Of a DNA stretch of 64,000 nt, positions 16,165 to 25,488 are shown in pieces. Below the pieces are notes generated by a model. The model was not told the DNA's origin. It did not search any database and saw nothing but the letters and a program-made list of their open reading frames with translations. The stretch spans positions 13,209 to 77,208 of the forward strand of contig CAJGBV010000004.1 in NCBI GenBank assembly GCA_904501755.1. Reading direction: 5' to 3'. The position numbers and the translations under genes are program-made. Origin of the DNA: Clostridiaceae bacterium (GTDB lineage: Bacteria; Bacillota; Clostridia; Oscillospirales; Acutalibacteraceae). How positions within the stretch are numbered: the stretch's first letter is position 1; each line of letters begins with the position of its first letter.

Positions 16165-16578
16165 TTATTTTTCTACGAAAGCGAGAACCTCATTTGGAAG
16201 CTCATCCTCATTAGCAGAAATGGTGAAGAAGAAATTAATTTTTGTTTGATTGGAAAGAGCATCAACCTTCTTAAGAAAATCTGCAAGCTCAGCATAGTCG
16301 CGTGAACCTATACGAAGTGTTGCATCTCCGAAAATCTCAGTAACATCATAGTTACCTGCACATACACCGCAAATCATACCGTAGTATGCATCAAAACCTT
16401 TAATACCATAATGGTCAGCATCTATAAGTCTTACTTTATGAGTAAGACTGAATTTTAATGTATCGCCCTGTTCAAAGCAAACAACACAACCTTTGCTCTG
16501 TTCGGCAGCGGCATTAACAACATCCATCAATTTCTTTGTTTTGCCGGAACCCTTTTTTCCAATAATGATTTTTACCAT
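16165..16578 (-). CDS. Small (137 aa) P-loop NTPase-like protein of unknown function
   Basis: It has Walker A GKKGSGKT at residues 7-14 and a possible Walker B VRLIDAD. I recognise no other domain. Confidence 0.55.
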   Translation of the reverse strand: MVKIIIGKKGSGKTKKLMDVVNAAAEQSKGCVVCFEQGDTLKFSLTHKVRLIDADHYGIKGFDAYYGMICGVCAGNYDVTEIFGDATLRIGSRDYAELADFLKKVDALSNQTKINFFFTISANEDELPNEVLAFVEK

Positions 16579-16621
16579 AATTACCAGCTCCTTTTATATT
16601 CACCGCTTTTAAGCGGATATT

Positions 16622-17962
16622 TTACAGTCCGAGTCTTTGCTCCAATGCTGCCTTTTCGTTTTCATAACCGGGCTTACCAAGCAAAGCGAACATATTCTTT
16701 TTATAGCTTTCAACACCGGGTTGGTCAAAGGGGTTAACACCCAAAACATATCCCGAAATTGCACAAGCCTTTTCAAAGAAGTAAATAAGTCTTCCGAGAT
16801 TTTCTTCATCAGCCTTATCTAAATTTATTACAAGGTTAGGAACACCTCCGTCGGTATGAGCAAGAACAGTACCCTCGAAAGCCTTCTGATTAACAAAAGA
16901 CATAGGCTTTTCTGCAAGGAAATTAAGACCGTCGCCGTCGTTTTCTTCCTTTTCAATAACAACATCAGCGCCTGTATCTCCGATAGTTACAACGGTTTCA
17001 AAAAGCATACGACTGCCGTCCTGTATATACTGACCCATAGAATGAAGGTCGGTGGAGAAGGTTACAGAGGCAGGGAAAATGCCCTTATTATCCTTACCCT
17101 CACTCTCACCAAACAACTGCTTATACCATTCAGCCATCATTGTAAAGCGTGGTTCATAGCTAACAAGCAATTCCACAGCCTTGCCCTTGCGATAAAAGGC
17201 ATTACGGATAGCAGCATATTGATAACACTCATTTTTATCAATATCCTTTACATTATATTCCTTTGAAGCAAGTGCCGCACCCTTCATAAGAGCGTCAATA
17301 TCAGCGCCCGCAGCAGCAATAGGAAGTAGACCTACAGCAGTCAGTACAGAGAAACGTCCTCCAACATCATCCGGAATAACAAAGCACTCATAACCCTTTT
17401 CGTCAGCCAATACCTTGAGAGTTCCTCTTGCACGGTCGGTAGTACAGTAAATACGAGCTGCCGCTTCCTCTTCACCGTATTTTTCCTCCAGATACTTTTT
17501 AAGCACTCTGAAAGCAACGGCAGGTTCGGTTGTAGTTCCGCTTTTGGATATAATATTAAGGGAAACTCTTTTGTCCTCGCACAGCTTAAGTATATCGTCA
17601 AGATAAGAACCGCTAATGCAGTTACCTGCAAAATAAATTTCAGGCACATCATTTCTTAAATTATTGTAGAAAGGCCCTTTAAGAAATTCAATTGCAGCTC
17701 TGGCACCCAGATAACTGCCGCCTATACCGATAACAATAAGAATATCGGTATCCTTTTTGATTTTCTCAGCAGCCTTTTTAATTCTTTCGAACTCTTCTTT
17801 ATCATAATTTTCAGGCAAATTTACCCAGCCAAGAAAGTCTTTACCAAGACCATCTTTATTATTTACGGTATCATGTGCCGCATAAATTTCGGGAGCAATA
17901 CCCTTAATTTCGTTTTCGTTAATAAAATCTTTTGCGTATTTGTAAGTGAAATTAATTGCCAT
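16622..17962 (-). CDS. pgi: Glucose-6-phosphate isomerase
   Basis: I moved the start to ATG 17962 ([13 protein letters not shown]). It is a short Firmicute-type PGI with [11 protein letters not shown] and SKSGTTTE motifs. Confidence 0.9.
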   Translation of the reverse strand: MAINFTYKYAKDFINENEIKGIAPEIYAAHDTVNNKDGLGKDFLGWVNLPENYDKEEFERIKKAAEKIKKDTDILIVIGIGGSYLGARAAIEFLKGPFYNNLRNDVPEIYFAGNCISGSYLDDILKLCEDKRVSLNIISKSGTTTEPAVAFRVLKKYLEEKYGEEEAAARIYCTTDRARGTLKVLADEKGYECFVIPDDVGGRFSVLTAVGLLPIAAAGADIDALMKGAALASKEYNVKDIDKNECYQYAAIRNAFYRKGKAVELLVSYEPRFTMMAEWYKQLFGESEGKDNKGIFPASVTFSTDLHSMGQYIQDGSRMLFETVVTIGDTGADVVIEKEENDGDGLNFLAEKPMSFVNQKAFEGTVLAHTDGGVPNLVINLDKADEENLGRLIYFFEKACAISGYVLGVNPFDQPGVESYKKNMFALLGKPGYENEKAALEQRLGL

Positions 17963-18062
17963 TTTTATACCCCTATTCTTTATTGTTTTTATTGTACTAT
18001 AAAACCCATTGATTTTCAACACTAAAATTGAAATTTTTTATAAATTTTTCACAACTTTAAGC

Positions 18063-19256
18063 CTAAAGAGTGCATAAATAGTTGAGCAATATAGCAAAAG
18101 AACGCCATATTGTTCGCTTATGGACACTATTTTCAGCTTTTAAGGGAATACTTCCGATCTGATTATCGTTTTGCATATATATTATTTCCCCTATTTGCTG
18201 TCCTTTTTCTATTGGCGCTTTTACATTTTCAGGCAAAATAATTTGGCTTGTTATTTCACCTTTATCATTTTTTCTAACCAAAGCAGAAAAGCTTTCGTCA
18301 GAAAAAAGCTCTATCATATCTTGGGTTCCTTTTTTTACCTCAACAAACATTTTTTCATCAGATTCAGCCTTAATTTCAACATTTTTATAATGCGCAAAGC
18401 CAAAATTGAGCAGTTTTTGCGCTCCTGCAAAACGCTCCTTGCTGGTTTCCCCGCTCATTACCACAGCTATAAGGGAGAGTCCGTCCCTTGTAGCAGAAGC
18501 AGACAGACAGTATCCTGCATCTGCCGTTGTACCTGTTTTCAGTCCTGTGCAACCCTCATAAAAGCGTACAAGCTTATTGGTATTAACAAGCTCAGACTCT
18601 CCGTTTCTCAGAGTGTCCATCCAAATAGTTGTGTATTCTGTAATTTTTTCGTGTTTTAACAGCTCTTTTGACATAAGAGCTACATCAAAGGCGCTGCTGT
18701 AGTGTTCAGGCGAATCAAGTCCGGTACAATTTTCAAAGTTAGTGTTATTCATACCCAGTGCCTTTGCCTTTTCATTCATCATTACAACAAAGCTTTCTTC
18801 GCTTCCTGCTACCGCCTCAGCAAGCATTACCGTTGCATCATTTGCCGAAACCACCGTAACGGCTTTAAGCAATTCGTGAACCGTCATTGTTTCCCCGGGC
18901 TCAAGCCATATCTGACTACCGCCCAAAGATGCCGCGGTATCGGTGCATACAATATTTGTGTCAAGGCTCAGTCTGCCGTCCTCAAGAGCTTCCATTACAA
19001 GTATCAATGACATAATTTTGGTAATAGACGCGGGAGGACTTTTTGCATCACTGTTTTCCTCATAAAGCACCTTACCGCTTTTTGCATCAATCAGTATACA
19101 GGATTTTGCCTTAATATCCAGCATTTCTCCCTCTGCCGCAACAGGTACAGCCTCAAGAGGAGTAGTGTCGGAAACCTCGTTAATTGCCGAGGCAGTTATG
19201 CAAAACAGCATACAAAAGGTCATAAATAAACATAAAAATTTCATCATAAAAAGCAT
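18063..19256 (-). CDS. D-alanyl-D-alanine carboxypeptidase (S11, PBP5-like)
   Basis: It has a signal peptide and the motifs SxxK (SITK), SxN (SAN) and KTG (LKTGTT). The exact start among the N-terminal Met codons is uncertain. Confidence 0.85.
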   Translation of the reverse strand: MLFMMKFLCLFMTFCMLFCITASAINEVSDTTPLEAVPVAAEGEMLDIKAKSCILIDAKSGKVLYEENSDAKSPPASITKIMSLILVMEALEDGRLSLDTNIVCTDTAASLGGSQIWLEPGETMTVHELLKAVTVVSANDATVMLAEAVAGSEESFVVMMNEKAKALGMNNTNFENCTGLDSPEHYSSAFDVALMSKELLKHEKITEYTTIWMDTLRNGESELVNTNKLVRFYEGCTGLKTGTTADAGYCLSASATRDGLSLIAVVMSGETSKERFAGAQKLLNFGFAHYKNVEIKAESDEKMFVEVKKGTQDMIELFSDESFSALVRKNDKGEITSQIILPENVKAPIEKGQQIGEIIYMQNDNQIGSIPLKAENSVHKRTIWRSFAILLNYLCTL

Positions 19257-19291
19257 ACCCCCATATTAAGAGATATGCTTTCTGATAAGTA

Positions 19292-19942
19292 TTAATAACC
19301 TAAAGCTTCACCGCAAATAATTACTTTTATTCTGTCCTTTGTTCTCTGATAGCCCTGAACAACATAATCACAGCAAATTCTGCCCTGTGTAAAACAGCCG
19401 TCAGAAAGGGAATGAGCTTCTTTACTCAGTGCCATACACTCACCCTTTGAAAAACAGTAGGACTCAATTCCCAACCGCACACAGTTTTTAGGTGCCGCAA
19501 TTTCTTTTATTCTTTCAAAGCCCTCTTCACTGTTTCTTACCAGCTTATTTAACCCTGCAACCACAATAACACTGTCAGGGCCGTATATCATAGCCGCAAT
19601 TCTGTTGCCGTTACCATCCACATTTATAAGCTCACCCTTTTGTGTGAGTGCATTTGTAGAGGTGAGAAAAACATCGGCTGTAAAAGCTTTTTTAAAGCAT
19701 TTCACCCTTTCCTCAGGGGAAATACCGGGCTTATAACGGTCTATTATATCATAATTACCCTTACGAATTTCATCAACAGCACCTATAGTATCAAGGGTAA
19801 CGCTACCGCCAAAAGCAACGCTGTCCCCCTCCTTTATAAGCCCTTTTATTATAGGCATTATATCCTCCTTTGTCTGAGCATAAAACGCCATCATATTATT
19901 TTTTTCCAAAGCCTTAATCGTTTCTTTAATTTGCTCTGTCAT
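19292..19942 (-). CDS. LUD domain (lactate utilisation protein C-like, DUF162) protein
   Basis: This is a family-level recognition from the N-terminal sequence (EKNNMMAFYAQTKEDIMPIIKGLIKEGDSVAFGGSVTL). Confidence 0.6.
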   Translation of the reverse strand: MTEQIKETIKALEKNNMMAFYAQTKEDIMPIIKGLIKEGDSVAFGGSVTLDTIGAVDEIRKGNYDIIDRYKPGISPEERVKCFKKAFTADVFLTSTNALTQKGELINVDGNGNRIAAMIYGPDSVIVVAGLNKLVRNSEEGFERIKEIAAPKNCVRLGIESYCFSKGECMALSKEAHSLSDGCFTQGRICCDYVVQGYQRTKDRIKVIICGEALGY

Positions 19943-20985
19943 ACTATGGTTCCTCCGCCTATAAGAATATCTCCGTCATAAAATACCGCCGACTGTCCCG
20001 GAGCAGATGCCCGTTGAGGTGTGTCAAAAACAAGCACAGCCTCATTTTCACCCGTAATACTAAGTATTGCAGGTGCCTCGTTATGCCTGTAGCGAAGCTT
20101 TGCCTTAACCCGTATATCCCCTTTGGGAAGCTCTCCGCTTATAAAATTAACATCTCTGAGCCTTACGGTATCACTGAAAAGCAGTGACTCATCATCGCTT
20201 ATAACAACCTTGTTTTCCTTTGCATTTTTGCTTATTACAAAGGCAGGCTTACCAAGAGCAATTCGGAGTCCCTTACGCTGACCTATGGTATAGTTAATAA
20301 TTCCTTTGTGCTTACCGAGAACCTTTCCGTCAAGAGAAACATACTCACCCTCGGGATAGTTTTTACCTGTATATCTGTTTATAAAGCCTACATAATCTCC
20401 GTCAGGCACAAAGCATATATCCTGACTATCGGGTCGCTCTGCTACAGCAAGACCGATTTGTTTTGCTATGCCTCTTATTTCCTCCTTTGTATAGTCGGCA
20501 AGAGGCATTAAAATACGGGAAAGCTCACTTTGAGTCAGCTTATATAACATATAGGTCTGGTCCTTGTTTTTATCCTTTGGTCTTGTCAGAGTATATACTC
20601 CGTTTATACAGTCAATGTTACAGTAGTGTCCCGTAGCGACAAATTCGGCACCTATTTCGTCGGCAATTTTTATCATTTGGCTGAATTTAACAGCCTTATT
20701 GCAAAGCACACAGGGGTTAGGTGTAAGCCCGTTTTCATAAGAGCTTATAAAATCCTTTATAACGGTTTCTTCAAAAAGCTTTCTTCTATCCACAACAATA
20801 TGCTGTATACCGAGTTTTTTGCAGACAGACAGCGCATCCCTCTGGTCGTCGGCCGCTCCTGTAGCAGAATCCTCTCTATACAGTGACAATGTTACACCTA
20901 TTACCTCATAACCCTGATTTTTAAGCACATAAGCGGCTACCGAGGAATCTACGCCGCCACTCATACCTATAATAACCTTTTTCAT
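19939..20985 (-). CDS. mnmA: tRNA 2-thiouridine(34) synthase
   Basis: It has the PP-loop GMSGGVDSS and conserved Cys residues. Its length is typical for MnmA. Confidence 0.9.
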   Translation of the reverse strand: MKKVIIGMSGGVDSSVAAYVLKNQGYEVIGVTLSLYREDSATGAADDQRDALSVCKKLGIQHIVVDRRKLFEETVIKDFISSYENGLTPNPCVLCNKAVKFSQMIKIADEIGAEFVATGHYCNIDCINGVYTLTRPKDKNKDQTYMLYKLTQSELSRILMPLADYTKEEIRGIAKQIGLAVAERPDSQDICFVPDGDYVGFINRYTGKNYPEGEYVSLDGKVLGKHKGIINYTIGQRKGLRIALGKPAFVISKNAKENKVVISDDESLLFSDTVRLRDVNFISGELPKGDIRVKAKLRYRHNEAPAILSITGENEAVLVFDTPQRASAPGQSAVFYDGDILIGGGTIV

Positions 20986-21063
20986 TTAATCACCGTTTAT
21001 ATTATATAACATATATCTATTTACTTCAAGAAGAAAACGCGGTTTTAAAAACCGCGTTTTCTT

Positions 21064-21219
21064 TTATTCTTTTTCGCTGTGGCAAACGTCCTTCATTGCA
21101 CAGCCGCCGCACCCACAGGAGCAACCGCCCTTGCCTTTTTTCTTTTTTGTTATTTCGTTTACCACAATAAGTATAACCGCCGCGGCAATTATTACCGAAA
21201 TAATTATTGTAGGCCACAT
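21064..21219 (-). CDS. FeoB-associated Cys-rich membrane protein (51 aa; absent from the ORF track)
   Basis: My own translation gives MWPTIIISVIIAAAVILIVVNEITKKKKGKGGCSCGCGGCAMKDVCHSEKE*. AAGGTG sits before the ATG, which is 10 nt after the feoB stop codon. The listed ORF 21026..21217 is in a different frame. Confidence 0.8.
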   Translation of the reverse strand: MWPTIIISVIIAAAVILIVVNEITKKKKGKGGCSCGCGGCAMKDVCHSEKE

Positions 21220-21229
21220 AAAATCACCT

Positions 21230-23323
21230 TTAGTTATATTTATCTTTTCGCAGAAGCATATAGAGGATAAACAATAGTACCATTAAAGCTATAACAGTAC
21301 CTGCAATATTTCCACCCGACGTCGTAAACCAAGCACCCAACTGATAAATCACAAGACATACCGCATAGGATAGTGCACACATATATGCGATTGCACCTAC
21401 CGTCCACTTAGGACTGTTCATTTCTCGTCTTATAGCACCCATTGCCGCAAAGCAGGGAGCACAGAGAAGATTAAACACCATAAAAGAAAATCCTGCAAGT
21501 TTTCCTCCCATAATGGTAGCAAAGGCTACCTCAGCCGATTCATAGCCGAGTGCTCCGAATACACCTACAACCTCTTCCTTAGCCATAAGACCGAGAAATG
21601 TTGCTACTGTTGCCTGCCAGTTGCCAAAGCCTAAAGGAGCAAAGATAACCGCTGCAAAGCTACCTATAACATTAAGAACAGATGCTTCTTCGCCGTCACC
21701 GATATAGTGAAATCCTCCCTCAAAGGTAATATTATTAAGTATCCATATAATAACACTTGCCGCAAGAATAACTGTTCCTGCACGTTTAATAAAAGACCAG
21801 CCACGTTCCCACACCGTTTTTGCAACATTACTGGCAAGAGGTGCGTGATAAGCAGGAAGCTCCATAACAAAGGGGGCAGGTTTCCCCGCAAACGCCTTTG
21901 TTTTCTTAAGAATTATACCCGAAATTATAACTGCCGCTACACCTATAAAGTATGCACCTGTTGCAATAAGAGGGCTCCCGCCGAAAAGAGCACCTGCAAC
22001 AAGTCCCACTATAGGCATTTTAGCACCGCAGGGAATAAAACCTGTTGTCATTATAGTTATACGACGATCTCTTTCCTGATCAATAGTTCTGCTTGCCATA
22101 ATTCCGGGAACACCACATCCTGAAGCCACCAGCATAGGAATAAAGGATTTGCCCGAAAGTCCGAATTTACGGAAAAGCTTATCCATAATAAAGGCTACTC
22201 TCGACATATATCCGCAGTCTTCAAGTAAAGACAGCATAAGGAAAAGAATCAGCATTTGTGGTACAAAGCCAAGCACAGCACCTACACCGCCTACAATTCC
22301 GTCCGAAACAAGTCCCACAAGCCAGGGCATACAGCCTATAGCTTCTAAACTGCTCTGCACAAAGGGGACTATCCACTGACCAAAAAGAGTATCATTCATA
22401 AAGCCTACTGTCCAGTCACCTACAGAGCCTATAGATATGTAATAAACAAGCCACATAGCAACGGCAAATATGGGAAGTGCAAGAAAACGGTTGGTAACAA
22501 CCCTGTCTATTTTATCCGACATAGAAAGTCTGCCGATACTCTTTTTCTTACAGCAATCCTTAAGTATTTTTTCAATATACTCATAGCGTTCATTAATTAT
22601 AACACTCTCGGCATCGTCATCAAAATGCTCTTCGACGTGTGCTATATCCTTTTCGATATGCTTTAAAACCGCTTCATCCAGTTTTAAATCATCTCGCACC
22701 ATAGCATCGCGTTCAAATATTTTAATAGCATACCATCTCTGCTTTGTGTCCTCCATACTGTGTATGGCTGCTTCCTCAATATGAGCCACAGCGTGTTCAA
22801 CATCACCTGAGAAAATATGCTCGGGAATCATTTTCTTACCCGCCGACTGAATAGCGGCATCTATCGCCTCATTTATTCCCTCACCCTTAAGTGCAGAAAT
22901 TTCCAGTATCTGACAGCGAATGTTTTTAGAAAGCTTTTCTATATCAATTTTATCACCGTTTTTACGCACAATATCCATCATATTAATTGCTATAACAACA
23001 GGAATTCCCAATTCTAAAAGCTGAGTTGTAAGATATAAATTTCTTTCAATATTGGTTCCGTCTACAATATTTAAAATAACATCAGGACGCTCACCTACAA
23101 GATAATTTCTTGCTACTACCTCTTCAGGTGTATAAGGAGAAAGAGAATAAATACCCGGAAGGTCGGTAATTATAACATCTTCATTCTTTTTCAGTTTACC
23201 CTCTTTTTTCTCAACTGTCACACCCGGCCAGTTTCCTACATATTGGTTAGAACCTGTAAGAGCATTAAAAAGGGTTGTTTTTCCACAGTTTGGATTACCT
23301 GCAAGTGCAATTCTTATACTCAT
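21230..23323 (-). CDS. feoB: Ferrous iron transporter B
   Basis: It has the N-terminal G-domain motif GNPNCGKTT followed by a polytopic permease domain. Confidence 0.95.
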   Translation of the reverse strand: MSIRIALAGNPNCGKTTLFNALTGSNQYVGNWPGVTVEKKEGKLKKNEDVIITDLPGIYSLSPYTPEEVVARNYLVGERPDVILNIVDGTNIERNLYLTTQLLELGIPVVIAINMMDIVRKNGDKIDIEKLSKNIRCQILEISALKGEGINEAIDAAIQSAGKKMIPEHIFSGDVEHAVAHIEEAAIHSMEDTKQRWYAIKIFERDAMVRDDLKLDEAVLKHIEKDIAHVEEHFDDDAESVIINERYEYIEKILKDCCKKKSIGRLSMSDKIDRVVTNRFLALPIFAVAMWLVYYISIGSVGDWTVGFMNDTLFGQWIVPFVQSSLEAIGCMPWLVGLVSDGIVGGVGAVLGFVPQMLILFLMLSLLEDCGYMSRVAFIMDKLFRKFGLSGKSFIPMLVASGCGVPGIMASRTIDQERDRRITIMTTGFIPCGAKMPIVGLVAGALFGGSPLIATGAYFIGVAAVIISGIILKKTKAFAGKPAPFVMELPAYHAPLASNVAKTVWERGWSFIKRAGTVILAASVIIWILNNITFEGGFHYIGDGEEASVLNVIGSFAAVIFAPLGFGNWQATVATFLGLMAKEEVVGVFGALGYESAEVAFATIMGGKLAGFSFMVFNLLCAPCFAAMGAIRREMNSPKWTVGAIAYMCALSYAVCLVIYQLGAWFTTSGGNIAGTVIALMVLLFILYMLLRKDKYN

Positions 23324-23338
23324 TTCATACTCTCCTTT

Positions 23339-23560
23339 TTATTCTACCTCTACCATTTCGGCATCAGCTTTTCTGAGAGAAAGCTCATAGCCTCTAACCT
23401 GAAGCTCGAAGGGGTCGCCTAAAGGAGCTACCTTTCTTACATAAATACGGGTGCCTTTGGTTATACCCATATCCATAATACGACGCTTAACGGCACCTTC
23501 CCCATGAACCTTTATAACCTTTACGGTGCTTCCCACCTTTGCATCCTTCAATGTGTTCAT
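23339..23560 (-). CDS. feoA: FeoA family protein
   Basis: It is a 73-aa SH3-like FeoA sequence located directly upstream of feoB. Confidence 0.9.
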   Translation of the reverse strand: MNTLKDAKVGSTVKVIKVHGEGAVKRRIMDMGITKGTRIYVRKVAPLGDPFELQVRGYELSLRKADAEMVEVE

Positions 23561-23577
23561 TTTTACCTCTTTCTACA

Positions 23578-23593
23578 GTTAGCATAAGCTAAC
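23578..23593. promoter_or_regulatory. Palindromic operator candidate GTTAGC-ATAA-GCTAAC in the feoA leader
   Basis: It is a perfect 6-4-6 inverted repeat 18 nt upstream of the feoA ATG. Confidence 0.55.
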
Positions 23594-23610
23594 CTATTGG
23601 TGAAATTTTA

Positions 23611-23626
23611 GTTAGCCTACGCTAAC
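23611..23626. promoter_or_regulatory. Second palindromic operator candidate GTTAGC-CTAC-GCTAAC
   Basis: It is a perfect 6-4-6 inverted repeat. It lies 33 bp centre-to-centre from the first and just downstream of the predicted -10 element. Confidence 0.55.
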
Positions 23627-23635
23627 TTCTAAATT

Positions 23636-23664
23636 ATAATACAACTTATTCCATATTTTGTCAA
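23636..23664 (-). promoter_or_regulatory. Sigma-A promoter of feoA-feoB
   Basis: The minus strand reads TTGACA (23664-23659), a 17-nt spacer, then TATTAT (23641-23636). Confidence 0.6.
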
Positions 23665-23675
23665 GTATTTTTAAC

Positions 23676-23703
23676 AAAAAGCCGCGAAAATTTCTTTTCG
23701 CGG
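23676..23703 (-). terminator. Intrinsic terminator after the lipoprotein gene
   Basis: The minus strand carries hairpin CCGCGAAAA / TTTTCGCGG followed by a T-run. Confidence 0.7.
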
Positions 23704-23709
23704 TTTTCT

Positions 23710-24312
23710 TTACTGTTTTGTATAAAATACCTGCTCTTGCAGAACAGAACAGTTTACCGTTACAGTATTATCCTCAAAGGAATATTCTTCATTATAGGAA
23801 TAATTACTTAGCCAGCCCGCAAGCTCTCCTGTAAAAAGACTCGTTCGGGTAACGGTATATGTACCCTCTTCGCAAAGCTTTTCTAAAATATTTTCTATTT
23901 CTTCCGATACCCTCATTTGAGCAACAATAGAGTCAATATCAGCCCCAACCGAAGCAAGATACGTTTCCACATCCATATTAAGTCCCATATCAGCTATCAG
24001 CTTAGCATAATACTGACGAAGAGCATTTGATGTGAGTATAAGAGCCTTATTTATAACGTTTTGCGCCTCTTCTTCCTCTACATAATAACTGTATGTACCA
24101 TCCTGATTAAAGGTAAGGCTTTGTTTTAGGGTAAGAGAAGAAAGGCTGTAATTCTTAATATCCTCTGCCTCACTAAAACGTCTGTTATAAATCTCGCTTA
24201 TATCAAGCTGAGCCTCATAACTGCCGATGATATCCTTTTCAGATACACATCCGCAAAGAGATAAGGACAACATCAGCACCAAAAATACAGCTAAAAACCT
24301 TTTGAAAAGCAT
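23710..24312 (-). CDS. Lipoprotein of unknown function
   Basis: It has a signal peptide with lipobox LSLCGC. I recognise no domain. Confidence 0.6.
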   Translation of the reverse strand: MLFKRFLAVFLVLMLSLSLCGCVSEKDIIGSYEAQLDISEIYNRRFSEAEDIKNYSLSSLTLKQSLTFNQDGTYSYYVEEEEAQNVINKALILTSNALRQYYAKLIADMGLNMDVETYLASVGADIDSIVAQMRVSEEIENILEKLCEEGTYTVTRTSLFTGELAGWLSNYSYNEEYSFEDNTVTVNCSVLQEQVFYTKQ

Positions 24313-24313
24313 T

Positions 24314-25447
24314 TTACTGTGCCTCTATTCCTTCATGTATAAGATTTCTCATTTCGGGATGAACAAGAGCATTTATTCCACTTGTTCCGCAACCGAAGTA
24401 AACAGCTATACCATTTTCAATATCAATCTCTGTATACGCGCCGTGAGCACCATCCCAACCAAATTCATAAAGACCGCTTTTTGAAAAATTATTCTCATTG
24501 CTTACGTGGGTTCTTACCCCCAGTGCATATTTATAATCGGTCATTGTAAAGGCAGACTGTTTCTCATTTACGGTTTTACGCATAAGCTCAATACCCTCAA
24601 AGGCAATAAGTCTTTTGCCCTCAGGGGTTACACCGCCATCGCAAAGCATCTGAGCAAATTTGATGTAGTCATCAACTGTGGTAATAACTCCTGCACCGCC
24701 GCTTTCGTATTCAGTTCCCATTTCAAACCAGTTAGCATCAGCATCCACATAATTTGTTTCGTGCTTTTCAGCATTGTAGCATGAACGCCAGAAGATTCTT
24801 TCCTCATTCCCAAAGGTATACTTATAGTCGGTTTCGTACATATTAAGGGGATTAAAGAAATTCTCCTTCATAAAATCACTGAGTTTTTGACCCGAAACAA
24901 CCTCAATAACGCCGCCTAAAATATCGTGACAAAGACTATAGCGAAAAGCGGTAGCGGGTTCAAATTCAAGAAGCATTTTTGACATTGCCTTAACCATACC
25001 TAAGGTATCGCCCCTGCCCTGTGTCTTACTGCGATACTCATTAAGAACAGGATGTCCGCAATCATAGGTAAAGCCTGCCGCCATCTGCATAAGGTCAATT
25101 ATGCGGATTTTATTTTCAGCCATAACGGGACCATTATCTGTTCTTATATACATTTCCTCAAATTCGGGTATGTATTTATAAAGCTCATCATAAAGACCCA
25201 GTCTACCCTCGGTAACAAGCTTCATAATAGCAGTACAGGTCATAACCTTACTTGCGGAATAAATACGATATATTTCGTTACCCTGTACTCTTCTGCTTTT
25301 TTCTCTATCAGAATAGCCGAACTGATGGCGGTAAACTGTTTTGCCATCCTTATTTACAATAAGGTCACCACCGGGAATGAAATATCTTTCGGGGAGGTTA
25401 TCAAGAAACTGTGTAAGTTTTGTAAAGTTCATAAATATCGTCTCCAA
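24314..25447 (-). CDS. Serine hydrolase, beta-lactamase (class C / esterase) family
   Basis: It has the SxxK motif YSASKVMT near the N-terminus. Length and general pattern fit the beta-lactamase fold. Confidence 0.7.
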   Translation of the reverse strand: METIFMNFTKLTQFLDNLPERYFIPGGDLIVNKDGKTVYRHQFGYSDREKSRRVQGNEIYRIYSASKVMTCTAIMKLVTEGRLGLYDELYKYIPEFEEMYIRTDNGPVMAENKIRIIDLMQMAAGFTYDCGHPVLNEYRSKTQGRGDTLGMVKAMSKMLLEFEPATAFRYSLCHDILGGVIEVVSGQKLSDFMKENFFNPLNMYETDYKYTFGNEERIFWRSCYNAEKHETNYVDADANWFEMGTEYESGGAGVITTVDDYIKFAQMLCDGGVTPEGKRLIAFEGIELMRKTVNEKQSAFTMTDYKYALGVRTHVSNENNFSKSGLYEFGWDGAHGAYTEIDIENGIAVYFGCGTSGINALVHPEMRNLIHEGIEAQ

Positions 25448-25488
25448 AAAATAGAGCTATACAGTTTTCGCCGTATAGCCCTTTCTTT

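Noticed and set aside
21026-21217. A 63-aa ORF listed downstream of feoB.
   Set aside because: It is in the wrong frame. The adjacent frame encodes the recognisable FeoB-associated Cys-rich membrane protein (21064..21219) with a proper ribosome-binding site.
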